This document shows, one piece after another, positions 56,272 to 63,048 of a DNA stretch of 64,000 nt. The position numbers were made by a program, and so were the translations under genes. The first letter of the stretch is position 1. The number at the start of each line of letters is the position of its first letter. The notes beneath the pieces are model-generated. The model did no database searches and was not told the origin of the DNA. It saw only the letters and a list, made by a program, of their open reading frames with translations. Location: NCBI GenBank assembly GCA_022750335.1, contig JAKIVX010000004.1, forward strand, positions 5,162-69,161. The letters run 5' to 3'. The DNA comes from Thermoplasmata archaeon. GTDB taxonomy: Archaea; Thermoplasmatota; Thermoplasmata; Lutacidiplasmatales; UBA184.

Positions 56272-56803
56272 GCCCGCTATCCCCCTCCTGCTCCTCCTGG
56301 CCGGGGAGGATCACCCGAAAGCCTGTACGGGTCGGAGGCTCCTACATCGGGGGCTGGCTCGGCCGGTCCGGCGGATCGCGAGCTTGCGGCCGGTCCCCAT
56401 CGTGCTGGACCCGCATGCCCCCGACCCGCTCTCCGCGGCCGACCGGGCGTACGCCCGACGAGGCGGCGTCCTCGCCGTCGACTGTTCGTGGAACCGCCTC
56501 GCGGCCCGAGGCAGCCTACCTGGCCTCGTTTCCGACGACGGCGGGATCCACCGCCGCCTGCCGATCCTGGTCGCCGCGAACCCGCAGCATTTTGGGCGGA
56601 TCGCCGAGCTGAACACCGTCGAAGCGTTGAGTGCCGCCCTCTACCTCCTCGGGCAACGCTCGCAGGCGGCGCGGATCCTCGAGGGATTCCGGGGCGGCGA
56701 CGGCTTCCTGACGATCAACCGGGAGCGGCTCGACTTCTATGCAAGCCGACGGACGGCCGACGCGGTGCGCGTGGCCGAACGCAAGCTCTACGGGGGGGAG
56801 TGA
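56234..56803 (+). CDS. tsr3: rRNA aminocarboxypropyltransferase Tsr3
   Basis: GEDHPKACTGRRL, VLAVDCSWNRL and LVAANPQHFGRIAELNTVEALSAALYLLG. The only in-frame canonical start overlaps fbaB by 38 nt. Confidence 0.8.
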   Translation: MRSSEDTPSPSPRPAIPLLLLLAGEDHPKACTGRRLLHRGLARPVRRIASLRPVPIVLDPHAPDPLSAADRAYARRGGVLAVDCSWNRLAARGSLPGLVSDDGGIHRRLPILVAANPQHFGRIAELNTVEALSAALYLLGQRSQAARILEGFRGGDGFLTINRERLDFYASRRTADAVRVAERKLYGGE

Positions 56804-56831
56804 GGGGGCGCACGCCGAGCGAGTCCGGTGC

Positions 56832-57731
56832 TCATTCCAGGACCTCGAAAGTCTGCCCTTCCGTGGGCAGGTGTTCGAGCAGCACGTCCCGGGTCGACTC
56901 GATCGTTCGGCCGAGGGGAAACCGACCGATGATGACCCCTCCGAACCTCTGGAAGACCCGGGTCGTGTGCAGCGTGATGCAATGGCCGTCGTAGAGCGGT
57001 AGCCCCGCAACGTCCGGGTCGTGACCGCGGAGGAAGATGCGAATTCCCGAGGCCCGAAAGAGTCGCTCGAGGTCGCGACCACCCCACGTGGGGACGGAGG
57101 CACGCCGATACCGGGACGCGTCGCATTGACCCCATACGATCTCGGTCAGTCGATCGTCGCTGACCTCATCGAAGGCATGGGCCCACTCGTCCGACGAGCC
57201 AACAAACGGGAACCCTGCGTGGGCGAGATAGATCTTTTCGGGGAGTACCGCTGCGAGGGGACCGCGCTCGAGGAGCGCCTCGATCCGGGTACACCGGGTC
57301 GAGTCCGGTCCCCAGAGCGCGTCGACCTCTTCGGGCAGGTCGTGCGGGTCGGTGGGGATTCGACGAGTCGTTTCGTGGTTCCCCTGGATCAGATAGACCT
57401 GGTTGGGCGCTTGGGCGGCCAGCGACAGCAGGTGGAGGGCGTTCGCGACCGAACCTTGGGCACAGTCGGGAGGGGCCCGGTCGACGTAGTCGCCGAGGCC
57501 CACGAGGAGCCGTGGAATTCCCCCCGCGAGGAAGCGTCGTTCGACCTCGAGGGTGGACCGCCAATCCCCGTGCGTGTCGCCAAAGACGATGGCCTCCCGG
57601 AGCGCAGCGGTGGGGATGCTGACGAACGGCGGGTGAACCGGAACCGTACGCTCCAGGAGGTCGAGCAACGCATCGGCCTCCCCCTCGTCCAACTGCAGGA
57701 TCTCTTCCGGCGTCGGCACATTTACCGCCAT
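56832..57731 (-). CDS. metallophosphoesterase / PPP-family Ser/Thr phosphatase
   Basis: FGDTHGDW, GDYVDR and QGNHE. Confidence 0.8.
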   Translation of the reverse strand: MAVNVPTPEEILQLDEGEADALLDLLERTVPVHPPFVSIPTAALREAIVFGDTHGDWRSTLEVERRFLAGGIPRLLVGLGDYVDRAPPDCAQGSVANALHLLSLAAQAPNQVYLIQGNHETTRRIPTDPHDLPEEVDALWGPDSTRCTRIEALLERGPLAAVLPEKIYLAHAGFPFVGSSDEWAHAFDEVSDDRLTEIVWGQCDASRYRRASVPTWGGRDLERLFRASGIRIFLRGHDPDVAGLPLYDGHCITLHTTRVFQRFGGVIIGRFPLGRTIESTRDVLLEHLPTEGQTFEVLE

Positions 57732-57784
57732 TGTCGGTCAACCTCGGCGAACGCTTCGGCCGGGCAAAGATGCGGGGGGCCGGA

Positions 57785-57819
57785 GTTCCCGGCCGCCGGT
57801 CGACGTGACCGGCCGGCCC
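57785..57819 (-). other. 35-nt tRNA intron at T-loop position 59/60 of tRNA-Leu(UAG)
   Basis: The intron is GGGCCGGCCGGTCACGTCGACCGGCGGCCGGGAAC. The T-stem acts as the outer helix. TTCA(54-57) pairs with GGGA in the intron (2 Watson-Crick, 1 G-U, 1 mismatch). Bulges are AA|G and AC|T, with a strong intron-internal helix. Confidence 0.7.
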
Positions 57820-57867
57820 TTTGAACCGGCGTATGCCCTAGGCAACAGGGTCCTAAGCCCTGCCTCG

Positions 57868-57894
57868 GTAGCCCCACCGGCGTTTGCCGGCGGA
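57868..57894 (-). other. 27-nt tRNA intron in the D-loop of tRNA-Leu(UAG), about position 21/22
   Basis: The intron TCCGCCGGCAAACGCCGGTGGGGCTAC contains an 8-bp hairpin. GGCC (nt 19-22) pairs with GGCT (nt 46-49) as the 4-bp central helix (3 Watson-Crick, 1 G-U). The flanking 3-nt bulges are AA|T and AC|C. Confidence 0.65.
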
Positions 57895-57945
57895 TTGGCC
57901 GAACTGGAGCACCCCCGCACTGGTATCATGGAATCGCCCGCGGAG

Positions 57946-58052
57946 TAGCCCCGGCAGGAGTTTCGGACCACGGGCGGGCCCACCCCCGCGGCATTCGAAC
58001 CTGCGTCGCGAGATCCAGAGTCTCGCATGATTGGCCACTACACTACGGGGCT
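57946..58052 (-). tRNA. tRNA-Gln (anticodon CUG) with a non-canonical T-loop intron (73 nt after in-silico splicing)
   Basis: The spliced sequence is AGCCCCGTAGTGTAGTGGCCAATCATGCGAGACTCTGGATCTCGCGACGCAGGTTCGAA+TCCTGCCGGGGCTA. It has an A1-U72 acceptor AGCCCCG/CGGGGCT, anticodon loop CTCTGGA and T-arm GCAGG-TTCGAAT-CCTGC. Confidence 0.85.
57960..57993 (-). other. 34-nt tRNA intron at T-loop position 59/60 of tRNA-Gln(CUG)
   Basis: The intron is TGCCGCGGGGGTGGGCCCGCCCGTGGTCCGAAAC. TTCG(54-57) pairs perfectly with intron CGAA (nt 29-32). The 3-nt bulges are AA|T and AC|T, and the T-stem is the outer helix, which is canonical BHB geometry. Confidence 0.8.
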
Positions 58053-58076
58053 ACGGCGCGAGCCAGCGGTGCGCGG

Positions 58077-58085
58077 TTGATAAAC
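58077..58085 (-). promoter_or_regulatory. TATA box candidate for the tRNA-Gln/tRNA-Leu unit
   Basis: Minus strand gtttatcaa. The tttatc core ends 27 nt upstream of tRNA-Gln position 1. Confidence 0.45.
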
Positions 58086-58233
58086 ATTCCTCCGAATTTC
58101 GACCCTCTGGTCCCGTAGCTCTAAGTCGAACGACCTCGACAGAACTCACGACCTCCGAAGCGACGGGGGCTGCTCCCCGCCGGTCGAACGAACCCCTTGG
58201 AAGGGGGCATTACCTTACCGGTGCGATTGGTCC

Positions 58234-58515
58234 TCAACTCGTTCGCTTTCGAACCGCGTGGAGCCGGTCCCGGGCTTCGTCATCCGTCATCCCGTCGACG
58301 TTCACAACCTTAGCCCGGGAACTGCCGGCCTTCTCGAGTCGAACCGATCCTTGGGCGACCCCCAACCAATCCGCCACGAGATCGATCACCGCGCGATTCG
58401 CCTCGCCTCCGGCTGGAGGGGCGCGACAGCTGAGTGCCCATCGCCTCCTCCAGGGGTCCCACTCGATGTGGTTTACCTTGGCTCCGGGCTTTACCCAGAC
58501 CGCGATTCGAGCCAC
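58234..58515 (-). CDS. DUF167 (YggU-like) protein
   Basis: IAVWVKPGAK...APPAGGEANRAVIDLVADWLGV...VRLEKAGSSRAKVVNV. Confidence 0.75.
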   Translation of the reverse strand: MARIAVWVKPGAKVNHIEWDPWRRRWALSCRAPPAGGEANRAVIDLVADWLGVAQGSVRLEKAGSSRAKVVNVDGMTDDEARDRLHAVRKRTS

Positions 58516-58629
58516 GGGATTCCACTCAATCCGGGAACCGTTGGAAGTCCGACTTCCGTCTGGGGAGGTTCCGATCGAGAATCGGAATCTCGGAGGCGTT
58601 CCCCGGAAGAAATTCGGGGCGCGACTCGC

Positions 58630-59403
58630 CTACTCGCGCCGAGGTCGGCGACGGGGGCGTTCGTCCCCATCCCGGTCCTCGCTACCCTCGCGTCGACGGA
58701 ATCCGCCCCCCGGGGGGCGACCGTAGGGCCGGGAACCGCCGCGACCGCCGAACTTGCCCCGGGGAGGGCCGCGCTGCTCGAACCGACGACCACCGCCGCG
58801 GTCGCCGCCACCAGCACCACCGAAGTCTCTTCGCGGTGGTAGGGTGAATCGGTTCCCACAGGAGCCGCACTCTCCGGAGATCGTCCCGTCAGGCGCGGTC
58901 GAGAAGCGGAGGGCACCGCCGCACTCCCGGCAGGGACGGGCATTCGCGTTTCGGAACCCGGGGCCGGAGTCATCGGAGCGTTCCGAACGATCCGAACGCT
59001 CCGACCGGTCCGAGCGCTCCGGTCGTTCCGTTCGCGAGGGTTCTCGCCGCTGGAACTCACGGGGAGCCATTCCCGCGGGGACGTACGAAGAGATCGCTCC
59101 ACACCCGGAGCAGGAAGCCTCGATGTTCGGGCCACCCGAGGAACGGAACGTCAACGCCTCACCACAGGCCGGGCAAGGCGGGCCCTCCACGGCCGGCGCG
59201 GTCGCTTTCCAGGAGTGGAGCGTTCCGGCGTCCGCCGCACTGGACGGGTCGAGGTTCGGGATGCCACCTTCCGTCGCAGCCGCGCCTCCTCCCTGGAGGA
59301 TCGTGAGCTGGTGGCCGCAGGAACCGCAGCTCCCAGTGAGCACCGTGGCCGGGCGAGCGTCGTATTCCATCGCGGTTCCGCAGTCGGGACAAGCTCGTGT
59401 CAT
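58630..59403 (-). CDS. triple zinc-ribbon protein with RGG/Arg-Gly-rich C-terminal tail
   Basis: Starts at MTRACPDCG (ATG 59403). It has three ~32-aa modules: CPDCG..SCGSCGHQLT, CPACG..SCSGCGAISS and CRECG..ECGSCGNRFT. These are followed by an ERSDRS repeat and then GGAGGGDRGGGRRFEQRGPPRGKFGGRGGSRPYGRPPGGGFRRR. Confidence 0.65.
   Translation of the reverse strand: MTRACPDCGTAMEYDARPATVLTGSCGSCGHQLTILQGGGAAATEGGIPNLDPSSAADAGTLHSWKATAPAVEGPPCPACGEALTFRSSGGPNIEASCSGCGAISSYVPAGMAPREFQRREPSRTERPERSDRSERSDRSERSDDSGPGFRNANARPCRECGGALRFSTAPDGTISGECGSCGNRFTLPPRRDFGGAGGGDRGGGRRFEQRGPPRGKFGGRGGSRPYGRPPGGGFRRREGSEDRDGDERPRRRPRRE
58966..59019 (-). repeat. three tandem 18-nt units encoding (ERSDRS)x3 inside the zinc-ribbon gene
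   Basis: Minus strand reads gagcgctcggaccggtcg / gagcgttcggatcgttcg / gaacgctccgatgactcc. Confidence 0.7.
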
Positions 59404-59633
59404 GTTCGTGAGACCCGGTACGGTCGTCGGGACCTCATTACAGCGCGCCCCCCCCCAATTTCCCGATTCCGATAGAGCCGCGGGAAGACCACGAGAGAAC
59501 TTTCTCGTTGAGCGGGAAGGCCTCGATTCATCCGAACACGAGGTCCACCGGATACCGGCTCCCCCAAGGGATTCGACCAAATGCCACAAATAGCCCGCGT
59601 TCGTCTGCGACTCATCCATGTCCGGGGGGACGC

Positions 59634-61457
59634 ATGGAGCCCGACACTTCGATTCGCTCGCTCGAGGAGGGGAACGGCCCGGCCGGCGACCGACCACATG
59701 CGCCTTCGCCTTCCCCCTCCGGTGACGTCTCCCCCCGGACGTCTGCGTGGTCCACCGGCCGCCAGCGATCGGCTATCCTCTACCTGCTGACTCCGATCCT
59801 CGCGGGGGGGGCGCTGGCCGCCACGGTCGGTCTCTCGCTCGGCAGCTTCGCCGGTTACATTCCGACCGCGGCAGTGGACCTGTTCTACTCCTTCCTCCGG
59901 ATGTGTGCGGCCTACGTCGCCTCGCTCGGGTTCGCGCTGGCGTATGGGTACTACGCGGCCACCCGGCCCCAAGGAGAACGGGTGATGATCCCCGTCCTCG
60001 ACATCCTTCAATCGGTTCCAATCCTCGGATTCTTTCCGGTCGCGATCGTAGCGCTCGCCGATCTGACGCCCAACAGCTGGGTCGGGCCGAACATCGCCTC
60101 GGTGTTCCTCATCTTTACCTCGATGTCATGGAACATGGTCTTCGGCGTGTACGAGTCGGTGAAAACGCTCCCCATCGACCTCCGGGAAGCCACCGACTCC
60201 TTCGGCGTCCGCGGCATGCAACGGTTCCGTCAGGTCCTCTTCCCGGCCATGGTGAATCGACTGGTCTACAACTCCGTCCTCTCCTGGACCGCGGGCTGGT
60301 TCTTCCTCGTGGAGGCCGAGATCTTCACCACGAACAAGGGAGGCGCGCTCCCGGGCATCGGAAGTTACCTATCCTTCGCGGCCGGCGGACACAACGGCAC
60401 CGCCTTCCTGACGGGCCTCGTCCTCCTGGTGATCCTGATCGCCCTGCTCGATTTCGGCGTTTGGCGACCCCTCGGTCGGTTCGCCGAACGGTTCCGGTAC
60501 GATTCGTCGCCCTCCGGTGAGGGGGACCTGGGGAGCTTGGGCCTAACGACCACCCGGTTCCGGCGAGCGGCGGCGTACATCACTCGAGGGGTTCGCTCCG
60601 GGGTCACCCGGGTCGGCACGCCCCTGGTCCAATTCGCGGCCATTCCATTCCGCTCCACCGCCGGGCGCCTGCGCCGGAACGAGCATCATCCGGCGTTGTA
60701 CTACGGCATTCTCGGCGGGATCCTCGTGGGGGTCTGGTTGCTGCTCATCGCGATCATCGTGGCGATCTTCAACGTGTTCTCGAGCCCCCTCATTCCCTCC
60801 GTTCGTGGCCAGATCCTCGAGCTCCCGCTGGCGATGGGAGCGTCCCTCATCCGAGTGGTGGTTGCGTTCGCATTCTGTCTCGCCATCGCCCTTCCCCTCG
60901 CGGTATTGATGTCCCGCCGACCGCGTGCGGCCCGGGTCGGCCTGCCGGTGGTGGAGGTGATCGCCTCGTTCCCGGCGACCGCGCTCTTCCCGGTCATCAT
61001 CTTCGAGCTCCTGCCCTACATCAGCGGTGAGGGGGCCGCCGTCCTCATGCTGATGACAGGAATGCTCTGGTATCTCTTCTTCAACCTCCTGTCGGGGATC
61101 CGCTCGTTGCCGCCGGACCTCGAAGAGGCCTCCCGTTCGTTCGGGGTGAAAGGACGCGGTTTCTTCACCAAGGTCCTCCTACCGGGCATCTTCCCCGCCC
61201 TCATCACGGGTTCGATCACGGCGTTCGGGGGCGGTTGGAATACGCTCATCGTCGCCGAGTATCTCAACGTCGGTGCGTCCCAGAAGTTCCAGCTTCTGGG
61301 CGTGGGATCCGCGATCGATATCGGCTACGCGGAGCCGAACGGGCTCCCGCTCATGGTCGCGGCCCTGCTCACACTCGTCATCACCGTGATCGCCATCAAC
61401 GAACTCATATGGAAGCCGCTGTACCGCCGGGCGGTCGAGAAGTACCGGTACGACTGA
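59634..61457 (+). CDS. ABC transporter permease, fused double TMD (NitT/TauT-type)
   Basis: Starts at MEPDTSIRSL. It has two BPD-type halves, each with an EAA-like loop (DLREATDSFGVRGMQRFRQVLFPA and DLEEASRSFGVKGRGFFTKVLLPG). 607 aa. Confidence 0.85.
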   Translation: MEPDTSIRSLEEGNGPAGDRPHAPSPSPSGDVSPRTSAWSTGRQRSAILYLLTPILAGGALAATVGLSLGSFAGYIPTAAVDLFYSFLRMCAAYVASLGFALAYGYYAATRPQGERVMIPVLDILQSVPILGFFPVAIVALADLTPNSWVGPNIASVFLIFTSMSWNMVFGVYESVKTLPIDLREATDSFGVRGMQRFRQVLFPAMVNRLVYNSVLSWTAGWFFLVEAEIFTTNKGGALPGIGSYLSFAAGGHNGTAFLTGLVLLVILIALLDFGVWRPLGRFAERFRYDSSPSGEGDLGSLGLTTTRFRRAAAYITRGVRSGVTRVGTPLVQFAAIPFRSTAGRLRRNEHHPALYYGILGGILVGVWLLLIAIIVAIFNVFSSPLIPSVRGQILELPLAMGASLIRVVVAFAFCLAIALPLAVLMSRRPRAARVGLPVVEVIASFPATALFPVIIFELLPYISGEGAAVLMLMTGMLWYLFFNLLSGIRSLPPDLEEASRSFGVKGRGFFTKVLLPGIFPALITGSITAFGGGWNTLIVAEYLNVGASQKFQLLGVGSAIDIGYAEPNGLPLMVAALLTLVITVIAINELIWKPLYRRAVEKYRYD

Positions 61458-61493
61458 CGCGATCCGGGACCGGGGGCTGGGGGTGAGGTATAG

Positions 61494-62312
61494 GTGGCGC
61501 TGATCCGGCTGAACGGGGTGAGCAAGAGCTTCGCCTCGCGTCACGGCACGATGTCGATCATGGAGGGGATCACCTTCGACGTGAAGAACGCGGACTTCCT
61601 CGCGATCGTCGGCCCCTCCGGTTGCGGGAAGTCCACCCTACTTCGCCTGATCCAGGGCCTCGACCACCCGACGACGGGGGAGATCACCTTCCGTGACAAA
61701 CCCGTCGAAGGGGTCTGCCACGAGATGGCCATGGTCTTTCAGAATTTCGCGCTCCTCCCCTGGTTGACCGTCACCCAGAATGTCACGTTCGGGCTCGAGG
61801 CACTCGGTTGGCCGGCCGAGCGGATCAAGGCCCAGTCCGAACGGTACATCTCGGTCACCGGCCTCGAGGGATTCGAGGAGGCCTATCCTCGGGAACTGTC
61901 GGGCGGGATGCGGCAGCGGGTGGGCCTCGCGCGAGCGCTCGCGGTGGAACCGGCGGTGCTGTTGATGGACGAACCGTTCAGCGCGCTCGACCCACTGACC
62001 GCCGAAAGTCTCCGGGAGGAGATCCTGCAGCTCTGGCGGGATCCGCAGCTACCGCCCGAGGCGGTCGTCCTCGTGACGCACAATATCGAAGAGGCGATCC
62101 AACTCGCGGACCGGATCGTCGTCATGGCGCGCCGACCTTCCCACGTCCTGGAACAGGTCGAGGTCGACCTCCCCCGACCCCGGGACCGGAAATCGCCGGC
62201 CTTCTACGAGCTCACCGACCGGGTCTACTCCCTCATCACCGAGAGCGGGACGCCGCGACCTGCTCCGGCGGTCACCTCCCCCACCTTGCCATCGAGTTCA
62301 CAACCCTTATAG
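61494..62312 (+). CDS. ABC transporter ATP-binding protein (NitT/TauT family)
   Basis: Walker A GPSGCGKST, signature LSGGMRQRV, Walker B LLMDEPFSALD. Confidence 0.92.
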   Translation: MALIRLNGVSKSFASRHGTMSIMEGITFDVKNADFLAIVGPSGCGKSTLLRLIQGLDHPTTGEITFRDKPVEGVCHEMAMVFQNFALLPWLTVTQNVTFGLEALGWPAERIKAQSERYISVTGLEGFEEAYPRELSGGMRQRVGLARALAVEPAVLLMDEPFSALDPLTAESLREEILQLWRDPQLPPEAVVLVTHNIEEAIQLADRIVVMARRPSHVLEQVEVDLPRPRDRKSPAFYELTDRVYSLITESGTPRPAPAVTSPTLPSSSQPL

Positions 62313-62350
62313 GGCACTTTCCTGGTTGGTTTTCCCTCCGCGGAGCAACC

Positions 62351-62965
62351 TTGGCAACGAGCTATCCGAAATGCAGCCCGACCGAGATGATGGGCCTGAT
62401 CGTCCTGCTGAACTCCCACGCGGGTTCCGAGGACGTCGCGCGTTTGGCGGACGACCTCGACCTTGAGATCGACGAGATCTTGCCCTCAGTCGACTATGCC
62501 GCCGTGCTCCAGATGGTGAAGGTCTCCGACGGCCGAGCCACCCTCACCGAGCTCGGAAAGAATTTCCTCGCGTCCACGATCCGCGACCGGAAAGCGGTCC
62601 TTCGAGAGCAGCTCTCGCGCACCACGCTCTTCCGCACGCTCCTGCGGGCGCTCGATAAGTCACCGGACCGCCAGCTGACGGACGAGGAATTGGGGTCGAT
62701 CGTATCGCTCGCCCAGGCTCCGCTGGAAGATGCTGTTCAGAACATCGTCAACTGGGGTCGGTATGCCGAGCTGTTCCGCTACGACTCCGAAGAGCACCTT
62801 CTGACGGCGATCCGGCATCCTCCGGCGAAGACCGGAGGCGGGACCCGGCCTCCGCCGCCGACCTCACCGTCCGAGCCCAAGGCACGGAGCGTTCCCCAGC
62901 GGAGCGGCCGCTCAGCGGCCGAGTCCGAGACCCGAACGGTCCCGCTCGCTTCCCTCGCCGCGTAG
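62351..62965 (+). CDS. stand-alone AAA-associated (ABC ATPase C-terminal accessory) domain protein
   Basis: EMMGLIVLLNSHAGSEDVARLADDLDLEIDEILPSVDYAAVLQMVKVSDGRATLTELGKNF..RKAVLREQL..LFRTLLRAL fits my recollection of the domain usually fused to the C-terminus of NitT/TauT-type ATPases. The start (TTG 62351 or ATG 62387) is uncertain. Confidence 0.55.
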   Translation: MATSYPKCSPTEMMGLIVLLNSHAGSEDVARLADDLDLEIDEILPSVDYAAVLQMVKVSDGRATLTELGKNFLASTIRDRKAVLREQLSRTTLFRTLLRALDKSPDRQLTDEELGSIVSLAQAPLEDAVQNIVNWGRYAELFRYDSEEHLLTAIRHPPAKTGGGTRPPPPTSPSEPKARSVPQRSGRSAAESETRTVPLASLAA

Positions 62966-63048
62966 TCTCGACCGGCGCCAACACGTGGCGTCGGAGTTCG
63001 TTCGCTCTTTTAGGCCCGCGTCGTGTTCTTTCGACTGAGGGAGCACGC

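Larger units (their letters stand above)
57771..57918 (-). tRNA. tRNA-Leu (anticodon UAG) with two non-canonical introns (86 nt after in-silico splicing)
   Basis: Exons on the minus strand are GCGGGGGTGCTCCAGTTCGGCCAA, then CGAGGCAGGGCTTAGGACCCTGTTGCCTAGGGCATACGCCGGTTCAAA, then TCCGGCCCCCCGCA. The spliced product has acceptor GCGGGGG/CCCCCGC, anticodon loop CTTAGGA, a long variable arm and T-arm GCCGG-TTCAAAT-CCGGC. It closely parallels the intron-less tRNA-Leu(CAA) at 49048-49130. Confidence 0.8.

Noticed and set aside
58089-58233. tRNA-like fragment GGTCCCGTAGCTCTAAGTCG.. upstream of the tRNA-Gln promoter
   Set aside because: It begins like an acceptor plus D-arm, but no complementary D-stem 3' strand, anticodon arm or acceptor 3' strand could be found, with or without a BHB-type insertion.
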